Positions 1 through 8,868 of a DNA stretch of 64,000 nucleotides are shown here, piece by piece; the stretch's first letter is position 1, and each line of letters begins with the position of its first letter. Location: positions 1 to 64,000 of the forward strand of contig CAWDWO010000028.1 in assembly GCA_963806035.1 (NCBI GenBank), given 5' to 3'. Source of the stretch: Candidatus Krumholzibacteriota bacterium. GTDB taxonomy: Bacteria > Krumholzibacteriota > Krumholzibacteriia > JAJRXK01. The position numbers were made by a program, and so were the translations under genes. A model generated the notes under the pieces. The model was not told the DNA's origin. It searched no databases and worked only from the letters and a program-made list of their open reading frames with translations.

Positions 1-1830
1 CGCCTCGTCCTTCTCGATCCAGGAAGCCAGATCGCCCGTCATCGACACCGTCTCGCGTAGAGGAGTCCCCGCGGGGAGCTCCAGGTCAAGACGCATGTCC
101 CCGCTGCTTCTCTTCGGCATGAAGGTGCGCGGAAGATTGGCCCCGTACAGGAGCGAGCCGCCCAAGAACAGAAGGAGCGCGACAATCATCCAGCCACGAT
201 GCCTCAGGGCTCCCTCGAGCGCGCGGTGGTAGATGTCGTGGAATGCGTTGAAGGAGTTCTCGAAGGCGCGAAACATTCCCTTGGGCTGCGTGGCGACGCG
301 CAAAACCCTCGAGGCCAAAACGGGTTGCAGAAGCAGCGCGGCCAGAACCGAAACCATGAGCGAGAGAGTGACCGTGAGCGCCTGGTCACGGAAGAAAGCC
401 CCGGCGATCCCCGGCACGTAGACCACGGGGAAGAACACCGCGATGGTGGTGAGAGTGCTCGCGATGACCGGCCGCGTCATCTCCGTCGTACCGCTGGCCG
501 AACAATTGGCCACCATGCGCCTTTGCGCGTCGTAGCGCGCGGCGGGTATGCTCTGCGGCTTCGCCTCCGCGCCGCCTTCGCCCCGTCTCTCCCTCAAATG
601 CCGGTTGATGTTCTCCAACACGACGATGGCGTTGTCCACCAACATCCCCGCGGCGAGGGAGAGACCACCCAAGCTCATGAGGTTGAGGTTTACTTTGCTG
701 AAGTAGAGAAAGCCGAAGGTGATGATGATGGACACGGGGATGGAGATTCCCACCACCACCGGACTGCGGAAGTCGCGCAAGAAGAAGAAGAGCACCAGAA
801 AGGCCAAGATGGCGCCAGCCAAGAGCGAATTCCTCAAGCCACGGAAGCTCTCCTTCACGTAGTCGGCATCGCGGTAGATGAACTCGGACTTGAAGTCTCC
901 GTACTCCCCGCGCAGGTTGGCCAGGCTCTCGTCCACTTCCTTGGATACCTGGATGGTGTTCGCGGCCGGCTCCTTGTAGATGAGGAGCGCCACCACCTGC
1001 TCGTTGCCCGACAACGCGGCGCCCTCGGGCTCCTTCGTGGTGTCGAGCACCTTCGCCACGTCGCCGATGCGGATGGTCGCACTACCGGACTGCGTGATGT
1101 CCGTGGCCGCGATCTCATCCAGATTCTCGTACTCGCCCGCGATTCTCAAAGAGAGCTGCAGAGGGCCCTGGCGAATTCGACCTCCGGGAAAGGACACGTT
1201 CGAGCGCGCCAAGGCATTGCGAATGTCCTCGATGGTGATGCCGTAGACCGCGAGCTTTCTTGGATCCGGCTGCACGAGAATTTCTCTCGTCGCTCCCCCG
1301 ATCACTTCGGCCTGGCTCACTCCGTCGACCTGTTCCAGAGCCGGTTTGACCACTTCCTCGGCGAAGTCGGTCAGATTTTGCAGTCGCCGTCCGTCCGCCC
1401 GCAGGACCAGATTGGAAATGGGACGTGCTGTGGGATCCCAGCGCAGAATCGAGGGCCGATCCGCGCCTTCGGGAAAGTCGTCCCGGAATGCGACACGATC
1501 GACCGCCTCGCGCAGATGGAGATTCGCGAAGTCCATCTCCGTGCCCCACTCGTACTCCACCGTGATCGCGGAGATTCCTTCGCGCGTGCGTGAAGTCACG
1601 CCCCGAACCCCGGCCAAAGCGGTGATCACTTCCTCCAGGGGACGGGTCACCAGACGTTCCAGATCTTCGGCGGGGATGTCGGTATAGGTGGTTATGACGG
1701 TCAGGCGCGGATAGACGATCGAGGGAAGCAGATCCACCGGAAGACGTTTGTAGGAAATCAGGCCCAACAACATGAGGGCGAGAAAGAGCATGCTGACCGC
1801 GATGGGTCTTTGGATCGCTCCCTTCAGCAT
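1..1830 (-). CDS. RND efflux permease (AcrB/SwrC-like), N-terminal part; continues beyond the window edge
   Basis: Hand translation from ATG at 1830: MLKGAIQRPIAVSMLFLALMLLGLISYKRLPVDLLPSIVYPRLTVIT...LEEVITALAGV...SRTREG, a typical RND N-terminus. ATGA overlap with the adaptor gene. Absent from the ORF track because it is truncated. Confidence 0.92.
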   Translation of the reverse strand, partial: MLKGAIQRPIAVSMLFLALMLLGLISYKRLPVDLLPSIVYPRLTVITTYTDIPAEDLERLVTRPLEEVITALAGVRGVTSRTREGISAITVEYEWGTEMDFANLHLREAVDRVAFRDDFPEGADRPSILRWDPTARPISNLVLRADGRRLQNLTDFAEEVVKPALEQVDGVSQAEVIGGATREILVQPDPRKLAVYGITIEDIRNALARSNVSFPGGRIRQGPLQLSLRIAGEYENLDEIAATDITQSGSATIRIGDVAKVLDTTKEPEGAALSGNEQVVALLIYKEPAANTIQVSKEVDESLANLRGEYGDFKSEFIYRDADYVKESFRGLRNSLLAGAILAFLVLFFFLRDFRSPVVVGISIPVSIIITFGFLYFSKVNLNLMSLGGLSLAAGMLVDNAIVVLENINRHLRERRGEGGAEAKPQSIPAARYDAQRRMVANCSASGTTEMTRPVIASTLTTIAVFFPVVYVPGIAGAFFRDQALTVTLSLMVSVLAALLLQPVLASRVLRVATQPKGMFRAFENSFNAFHDIYHRALEGALRHRGWMIVALLLFLGGSLLYGANLPRTFMPKRSSGDMRLDLELPAGTPLRETVSMTGDLASWIEKDEA

Positions 1831-3179
1831 CACTTCACCCGATCGAAGGATGCCCAGGCGTCGGGCGGCGCGATCTTTTTCTTCACCTTGATCTTCGCGT
1901 CGTGGGCGAGCGTGAGATGATTGGAGATGACGACGGGGGTACCCGGATCCAGCGGTCCGCCCTGCAAGACCCGATCGATTTCCACGAACAGATCGTTGCT
2001 GGCCCCCAGCCTGACGTAGACCCACTTGGAGCGCCCATCGACGACTTTGAAGAGCAGGGGTCGTCCGTCCCGAGTGAGAATGGCGGCGCGCGGCACGAGG
2101 AGGCGATCGTTCAAGATCTCGCCCGCGATGAACGCGCGAACGAACATTCCCGGACGCACTCGGCCGTCCTCGCTGTGGAGCCGCATCAATACCTCGCAAG
2201 TACGGCTTTCGGGGTCGATGCGGGGGCTGATCACGTCCACGTGCACGGGGATGGTGTCCTGCAGCGCCGGAACCGCCAGGAGCACGGGGCGGCCGGTTTC
2301 CAGGTCCTTGAGGTCGCTCTCCAGGACGCCCACCGCGGCTTCGATGTCGATGTTGTCGACCAGGGAGGCGAAGGTCTGATTGGCGTTCACCCACTCGCCG
2401 CGGGCGAGGGTCAGTCCGGTGATGACCCCGGAGAAGGGTGCGCGCACCTGGGTTTTCTCCAGATTCAGCCGCGCCTGTTCTTCATCGGCGCGCGCCTGGA
2501 CCATTCCGCTGCGCGCCTCCACCAGCTCGCGGCGAAATCCACCCTGCCCCACCGCCTTCATCCCGAGTTCGATCTCCCGGTCGAGACGTTCTCCGCGCGT
2601 GATCTCGCCCTTGGCCTCCATTTGCGCGAGCTTGCGCAACTCCTGGTGGAACTCGTCGTCTTTCTCGGAGTCGTTGGGCAACGAAGCGCCGTTTTCCTCG
2701 ACCGCGACCTTGCCCAGAGCCTGCAGGTAGCGGCTGTGCGCCTCTTCGATGCGAATCGAATACTCGCGCCCATCGAGCTCCGCCAGGAGCTGCCCCTTAC
2801 GGACGGTCTGTCCCTCTTCCACCAGAATCCGATCGATCTTCCCCGACAGCTCGAAACGCAGCTCCGCGGTGTGCCGGGCGCGAATGGTTCCTTCGGCCAC
2901 GATGGGAACCACCAGCTCGCCCCGGAACGCGTCACATACGTTCACCGAGACCGCTTTTTCCGGCTTTTCTTCGTCGTCGGAGTCGTCTTGGGAATTCGTG
3001 CCCGACGAATCGCCCGCATCGGAACTTACTTCCGTGCTCTGTCCATCTTTGGAGGCGTCCTTCCCCGCGTCCTTTGCGGGATGTTTCGAACAGGCGCTGA
3101 TGGTCGCGATCAAGAGCAGGAGCGAGAACAAGAGGGCGCCGAAAAGCATGCCTCGCTGAGTGGGGTTTTCAGAGGCCAT
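1830..3179 (-). CDS. RND efflux periplasmic adaptor (membrane fusion protein), probable lipoprotein
   Basis: SGKIDRILVEEGQTVRKGQLLAEL, VRAPFSGVI and RPGMFV motifs; signal peptide ending ISAC. Confidence 0.93.
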   Translation of the reverse strand: MASENPTQRGMLFGALLFSLLLLIATISACSKHPAKDAGKDASKDGQSTEVSSDAGDSSGTNSQDDSDDEEKPEKAVSVNVCDAFRGELVVPIVAEGTIRARHTAELRFELSGKIDRILVEEGQTVRKGQLLAELDGREYSIRIEEAHSRYLQALGKVAVEENGASLPNDSEKDDEFHQELRKLAQMEAKGEITRGERLDREIELGMKAVGQGGFRRELVEARSGMVQARADEEQARLNLEKTQVRAPFSGVITGLTLARGEWVNANQTFASLVDNIDIEAAVGVLESDLKDLETGRPVLLAVPALQDTIPVHVDVISPRIDPESRTCEVLMRLHSEDGRVRPGMFVRAFIAGEILNDRLLVPRAAILTRDGRPLLFKVVDGRSKWVYVRLGASNDLFVEIDRVLQGGPLDPGTPVVISNHLTLAHDAKIKVKKKIAPPDAWASFDRVK

Positions 3180-3221
3180 CTGGCAAAAACTCCTAAAGTG
3201 ATGGTCGGCTGGCGGAGAGAT

Positions 3222-3260
3222 GCGGTGGAAGGACCGCGCTGCCGCAATCCTTCCACTGTG
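3222..3260. other. Intergenic inverted repeat/hairpin (terminator or stabiliser) between the beta-propeller gene and the RND adaptor
   Basis: gcggtggaagga...tccttccactgt. Confidence 0.4.
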
Positions 3261-3281
3261 GGGTTTGCACGCTGGGAAACT

Positions 3282-4574
3282 CTACTTCATGCCCAGTTCG
3301 TTGCCCTCGAGCTTGTAGCAGATCACTGCCATCGGCTCGGGATTTTCGTCTTCGAGGACATCGGCGCTGCCGCCATTGGCGCTCATGGCCGCTGACAGAA
3401 AATCCGTGACCACGAAGAGGCGATTGCCCGAGAAGAAGTAGCCGTCCGTCATGGGATTGCCTTCGCCCTTCAGAGTTACCTGACGCACGTAGTGCCCCTT
3501 GGCGTCGAAGACGTCGAAGACACCGATGGACCCCTCGGGGGCATCCAGCCGGCCGCGACTGGAAAGAACCCAGAGGCTGCCATCTTTGCGGGGAAAGATC
3601 TGTCCGATGTCCTGGTCGGTCTCCTCGAGCTTCCAGCTGGAGCCGGGCACCTGTCTCTTGGTGAACTCGTCGTAGATCTTCTGCCAGCGATCCTTCTCCC
3701 CGCTGGTCCGCTTGCGCGGCTCATAGGCGCGTTCGATATAGCGCACCGCACCGCTGCCGTCACAAACCTCGATCTGGTACTTGTTCCATTCGGTGGGAAT
3801 GTAGGCCAATCCATTCGTGCCCACGGTCCATACCCTGTCGAAGGAAGTCCACTCACTCTCGTTGAAAATGGGAGTGCTCATGGTGAGTGAACGGTTTTCC
3901 GAATACAGGGTCTTCTGGATCGTTCCCGCGTCATCAATGGCCACGATCTGGCGCTTCTGGTCGAAGACGCCGTCGGCAAAATGGTTGATCCCGATGGAGA
4001 GAACGAGATTGTCTCCTACCGTTCCGCCACCGCGATAGAGCAGGACGAAACCGCCTTCGTCCGCGCTGGGGAGCGAGTGATCATCGGCGGGTTCTCCATC
4101 GGGCTTGAGCACGACCAAACGTCCGGGAAAGACTTGGAGGACCGCGATGTTCCCGTTGGGCAAGAAGAACATGTCCTGCGCGCCACGGAATTCGCCGGGA
4201 CCCTCCCCTTCGCGCCCGATGGTGCGCAGATATTCTCCCTCCGGGCTGAAGACCTTGATCTCCGAGAGCTGAGAATCCAGGGCGTAGAGATCTCCCTTGG
4301 GACCGGTGAGAACCTTGGAGATGAGGCCGAAGATCTGATCCTCGTCGTCGGTGTCGCCACCGATGCGCCACATCTCGTCGAGCTGAACCGTCGCGCTCCC
4401 GTTGCTGGGCTCGGCGGGTGAGACCACATGGACGACTCCGTCGGCGTCTTTGGTTTCCGTTCCGTGCCACTCTGCCCCGAACGCTCCCGATGCACACAAA
4501 AGGACGAGAGAGCTGATGAGAGAAAAGAGCGGGCCTCTTCTCAGCGAGGGAAAAGGCGTACGAAGTGCAAGCAT
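3282..4574 (-). CDS. Secreted 6-bladed beta-propeller (NHL-like) protein
   Basis: Signal peptide; EIKVFSPEGEYLRTIGREGEGPGEF and FDVFDAKGHY motifs. Confidence 0.8.
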   Translation of the reverse strand: MLALRTPFPSLRRGPLFSLISSLVLLCASGAFGAEWHGTETKDADGVVHVVSPAEPSNGSATVQLDEMWRIGGDTDDEDQIFGLISKVLTGPKGDLYALDSQLSEIKVFSPEGEYLRTIGREGEGPGEFRGAQDMFFLPNGNIAVLQVFPGRLVVLKPDGEPADDHSLPSADEGGFVLLYRGGGTVGDNLVLSIGINHFADGVFDQKRQIVAIDDAGTIQKTLYSENRSLTMSTPIFNESEWTSFDRVWTVGTNGLAYIPTEWNKYQIEVCDGSGAVRYIERAYEPRKRTSGEKDRWQKIYDEFTKRQVPGSSWKLEETDQDIGQIFPRKDGSLWVLSSRGRLDAPEGSIGVFDVFDAKGHYVRQVTLKGEGNPMTDGYFFSGNRLFVVTDFLSAAMSANGGSADVLEDENPEPMAVICYKLEGNELGMK

Positions 4575-4734
4575 TTCATCTTCTCCTGGGAATCAGAGCG
4601 TAGTGTCGCGAGCCAGCCGTCATCGTGGGTGCGTCCGCAAGGGACCGGGCCCGTGGACTTCATGGCTGCTTCTACGCCCTTTGGGTGTCTTGGGTTGCGC
4701 TCTGGGCGCGGGAAACTGATCATGAATTTCGATA

Positions 4735-6012
4735 TCACTTTCGCATCTGCGAGAGCTCCAAGGGAAGCTCGAATGCCAGGATCTTCAGCGGCTCCGGTTC
4801 GCCCCCATCCTCATCCTCGTCCTCGGTGTCGACCGCGATCCTGATTCCGCCGCCAAATCCGGCCGCCCAGGCCTTCAGAGCGCCGTTGAGCTCCTTGATG
4901 CGATAGAAGCGGTCCTTGGTGAGCACGAATCCGTCTTCACTGTCGACATAGGCCAGCTGTGGCTTCACCAGGTATTGGAAATGCCCCTGGGCATCGTAGA
5001 CGTCGAAGCTGCCCAAGCCCCCATCCTCGCCCACCGAGCGGCTGGTGCGCACCCAGAGCTCTCCGTTGGGCCGGACGAAGAGACCTTGGACGTCGGGTTT
5101 GTAATCGGGCAGCTCGGCGTCGATGTCCATTCCCTGTGCTTCCGAATTTTCGTCCATCCTCTTTTTGCGTTCCGCCTTCTCCTCGTCGGTGAAAGCGAGG
5201 GGCTCGTAATCTCGCTCGATGGTCCTCTCGATCTTTCCGTCGAGTCCGTAGACCTGGATTTTGTAGCCTGTTCTTTCGTTCACTGCGAAAACTCGTCCCT
5301 GTGGCCCGACGGCCCATTCTCGTGCGAAGGTCTCGTCACCCATGTTGATTCGCATGCGCCCCCCGCTCACGTCCATCTCCTTGACTTCCTCGCCGTAGCT
5401 CAGCAGTTCTTTTCCGCTGCCATCGAGCGCGAGCAATCGATTGATGTTCTTGACCTTGCCGCTCGTGAAACTTCCAACTGTCTCCTGCATAACGACGCGA
5501 TCCGCGGCCGATTCCACTTGGGCTACCAGTGCAAAACCACCCTCGCCCGGAATCGGATAATCGTCGAGTCCCTGGCCCTGCTCGTCCAACACGGCGATGC
5601 GGCCCGGCATCATTTGGGAAACCCCGATCCGGGAACCCGGCAGAAAGAACATTGCATTCGGGTTGTTGAACTCTCCGGGGCCCTCGCCCTTGCGGCCGAT
5701 GGTGCGCAGGTACTCACCCTTGGCATCGAAGACCTTGATCTCGTGGAGCTGCTGATCGAGCACGTAGGTGTTGTGCTCCTCGTCGACCAGAATCTGCTGC
5801 ACCATTCCAAAGAGCTGGTTGGGATCGTCGCTCTCGCCGCCCAGACTGAATAGCGGTTTGAGCTTCAGCACGAGCTCGCCTTGCGCGGGCGCGGCGGGGT
5901 TGTGAATCGTCAAAACCCCATCGACCGTCTCTTCGCTGCCCTTCCATTCGGCGCGAGCGTTCAGGGAAACGAGCAGAAAGAGGGCACACAAACAGAATGC
6001 GAGAGTTCGCAT
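4735..6012 (-). CDS. Secreted 6-bladed beta-propeller (NHL-like) protein, paralog of 3282..4574
   Basis: Signal peptide (ARA|EW); EIKVFDAKGEYLRTIGRKGEGPGEF and FDVYDAQGHF motifs. Confidence 0.8.
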   Translation of the reverse strand: MRTLAFCLCALFLLVSLNARAEWKGSEETVDGVLTIHNPAAPAQGELVLKLKPLFSLGGESDDPNQLFGMVQQILVDEEHNTYVLDQQLHEIKVFDAKGEYLRTIGRKGEGPGEFNNPNAMFFLPGSRIGVSQMMPGRIAVLDEQGQGLDDYPIPGEGGFALVAQVESAADRVVMQETVGSFTSGKVKNINRLLALDGSGKELLSYGEEVKEMDVSGGRMRINMGDETFAREWAVGPQGRVFAVNERTGYKIQVYGLDGKIERTIERDYEPLAFTDEEKAERKKRMDENSEAQGMDIDAELPDYKPDVQGLFVRPNGELWVRTSRSVGEDGGLGSFDVYDAQGHFQYLVKPQLAYVDSEDGFVLTKDRFYRIKELNGALKAWAAGFGGGIRIAVDTEDEDEDGGEPEPLKILAFELPLELSQMRK

Positions 6013-6118
6013 GGCACTTCCTTGGGACTGGGAGAGAACGGGCCGGCGGGAAGCACGCTCGAAGGGTCGATGGACGCAGTAATACTAGTCGTCCAGAGGC
6101 AACATTTCAAAGAACTCC

Positions 6119-7402
6119 CTACGGCGCCGGCGGGGCCGAGGTTGCACCGGTTTCGCTGACGGATCGGAGCGCCGGGCGGCCCAGGAGCCAGAGCAGAGCG
6201 GCGAGGGCGACCGCGATTTCCAGCGCCCCGGAGGCGACGATCACCTTGACCACGCTGGTGAGGTCCGCAATCCAGGTGCCCAGAGCCAGGGAAGCCACGC
6301 TCAAGGGGCCGAAGAGCGGGCCCAGCCAGGCGAAAGCCCGACCGCGATACTGCTTGGGAACCCGGGCCTGGAACAGACTGGTGACCCGAACCTGGAGCAT
6401 CCCCGCCACGAAACCGAACGCGCCGAAGAGCGCCATCGCCGGAGCGATGCTCGAGGAGAGTCCGAACGCGATCAGGGCTCCGCCGTCCAGAACGGTCGCC
6501 AGCGGCATGACCAGGATCGCCGAGACCCAGCGCTTGCTCGCCGGGGCCAGGACCGAACCCAATATTCCTCCCACCCCCATCATGGAGATCAGGGTGCCGA
6601 GCTGAGGGTCACTCCCATGGAGCACGTCCTTCACGAAGACCACCACCAGGGGCTGCTGCATGCTGGAAATGAAGGTCCCCAGGGCGAAGAAGACGATGGT
6701 GAAGCGCAGGGCGGTGTCACGGGTCAAAACCTGCAGGCCCTGGCGAATCTCCGCGAAGAAGTCCTTCCAGGCCCTGCCCGCACCGGCGAGGGTATCTTCC
6801 AGTTCGGGATGGGGACATCGTCCCAAGCCGATCAGGCTCAGCGCGCTGAGCACGTAGGTCGCGGCGTCGACGCGAAAGCATGCGGTCAGACCGTAGCGGC
6901 CCGCGATGAGTCCGGCCGCGGCGGGACCCACGATGAGAAGAAGGTGGAGTACCGAAGACAGTGCGCCGTTCGCGCTCAACACCTGGTCCTCGTTAACGAC
7001 TTCGGGCAGCACCGCCATGCGTGCGGGATCGGCAAACTGTCTGGCGACCGCCAAGAGCGCCGCGATCGTCAAAATCTGTCCCAACGAGTTGGTCCAAGGA
7101 AGAAGCAGGACGAGGAGCGCCTGCAGCAGATCCAGGCTCATCATCAGTCGGCGTCGTTCGACCCGATCGATGACCCATCCCGCCAGAGGAGCCAGCACGG
7201 TCCCCGGCAAGACTTGGATGATGGCCAGGAGACCCAGATCGAAAGTGCGGCCGGTCCTGGCGTGAACGAGCAGCAGGAGCGCGAAGATGTGAATCCGGTC
7301 GCCGAATCCACTCACCGCTTCCGCCAGGAAAAGAGCCGCGAAACGGCGGTTGTGCCGCAGCGAAGCCGGTTGTGGAGAGTTTGATTCGAAGCTGGCGTTC
7401 AC
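6119..7402 (-). CDS. MFS transporter (MFS_3/H+ antiporter-like)
   Basis: About 12 hydrophobic segments; motif A 'AGWVIDRVERRRLM'. Confidence 0.88.
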   Translation of the reverse strand: MNASFESNSPQPASLRHNRRFAALFLAEAVSGFGDRIHIFALLLLVHARTGRTFDLGLLAIIQVLPGTVLAPLAGWVIDRVERRRLMMSLDLLQALLVLLLPWTNSLGQILTIAALLAVARQFADPARMAVLPEVVNEDQVLSANGALSSVLHLLLIVGPAAAGLIAGRYGLTACFRVDAATYVLSALSLIGLGRCPHPELEDTLAGAGRAWKDFFAEIRQGLQVLTRDTALRFTIVFFALGTFISSMQQPLVVVFVKDVLHGSDPQLGTLISMMGVGGILGSVLAPASKRWVSAILVMPLATVLDGGALIAFGLSSSIAPAMALFGAFGFVAGMLQVRVTSLFQARVPKQYRGRAFAWLGPLFGPLSVASLALGTWIADLTSVVKVIVASGALEIAVALAALLWLLGRPALRSVSETGATSAPPAP

Positions 7403-7442
7403 GCGCGCGAGCTTAGCCCGAGGAACTCCGCCATGCCAGCCT

Positions 7443-8841
7443 TTAACTCGCGACGGGACTCTTCGGTTCGTACTTGGGACGCCGGTGCCGGGTTACCTCG
7501 AGGATTCGCACTCCAGCGAGCTTTGCCATGAGCCCGTAACTTCGTTGATCGATGCGCAGGCGTACTTCGGTAGGATTCTTCTCGTAGTCGATGGCGAGAA
7601 CTTCACCGATCTCGTGCAGCAACGCCAGACTTCTGGGATGCGAGCGCTCGACCGCGAGCACGACATCTCGCTCCTTGTTGACGAGCCTGCGCCCGACCGC
7701 TTCCAGCAGTTCCTCTTGACCAATACCCTTCAGCGCGTTCGTAAAGACCGCATTGGGCCAGCGCAGGCGCGCGTACTCCATCCAACTCTCATCCTGTATG
7801 GTATCGATCTTGTTGAAGACCATGATCTGATCCGCTTCGTCTGCACAGACGTTCTCCAGCACTTTCTCCACCGCTTCGATCTGGGCTTCGAGATCGTCAG
7901 CCCCCGCGTCGACGACGTGAAAGAGGAGGTCGGCCTCGTCGACCTCTCCCAGGGTCGCGCGAAAACTCTCGACCAGATGGTGAGGCAACTTGCGCAAGAA
8001 ACCCACGGTATCGGTGAGAAGAAAGTGCCGGCCACCGTGCAACTCGATCCTTCTGGTCGTCGCATCCAGGGTCGCGAAGAGCTGGTCCTGTACGTAGACT
8101 CCAGCCCCGGACAGAAGGTTCATGATCGAACTCTTGCCGGCGTTGGTGTATCCCACCAGCGCCACCCGGTATTCCTTGGCGCGCTGTTTGTTCTGCGTTT
8201 GGACGTTGCGATCGATTTCCTTCAACTCGCGCGTGAGATGACTGATGCGCCGGCGAATGAGGCGGCGGTCGGTCTCGATCTGCGTTTCACCGGGACCTCG
8301 GGTGCCGATGCCACCCGCCTGGCGCTCCAGGTGCTTCCACATGCGGGCGAGTCGCGGCAAGAGGTATTGGTGCTGGGCAAGACTGACTTGCAGCCGTGAC
8401 TGACGCGTGCGCGCGTGCCGCGCGAAGATGTCGAGAATCAGCTCGGTGCGGTCGAGTACGCGAACTCCCACCAGGCGCTCGAGGTTGCGCCCCTGCGCCG
8501 GAGTGAGATCGTTGTCGAAAATGACCAGGTCGGCGTGGGTGCTCTTCACCAGATGCTTGAGCTGATCCGCCTTGCCCTTACCCAAGAGACTGCGGACGTT
8601 GGGACGCAGGCGGCGCTGTTCGAGCCGGGCCACGACTTTGGCTCCGGCCGTATCTCGCCAGGCGCTCCAGCTCGTCCAGGTCGATCCACTCCGCCGCCGC
8701 CGATTTGTCCGGATCTTGCCCGTTCGTCCCCGTAGGCAGAGCGAATTGCACTCCCGCCAACACTGCCCTCTCCACGAGAGCCTCGCGTCTGGGCTCGTAG
8801 TAACAATCCGTTGACCTGGTTCTCGGCCGTCTGTCACTCAA
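7443..8841 (-). pseudogene. hflX: GTPase HflX interrupted by a 1-bp frameshift at ~8655 (real lesion or assembly error)
   Basis: N-terminal ERAVLAGV...LDELERLA lies in the frame of 8578..8841. DTAGAKVV...GKGK, DRTELILDIFARHA, GPGETQIETDRR, GYTNAGKS and DTVGF lie in the frame of 7443..8837. Confidence 0.85.
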
Positions 8842-8868
8842 AGAAGGGGATGCCTCCCGGCAACGAAA

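Noticed and set aside
199..1593. 464-aa plus-strand ORF, and other long antisense ORFs such as 1902..3395, 31001..32986, 49085..51274 and 58135..59676
   Set aside because: Shadow frames opposite well-supported genes; expected in GC-rich DNA and carrying no motifs
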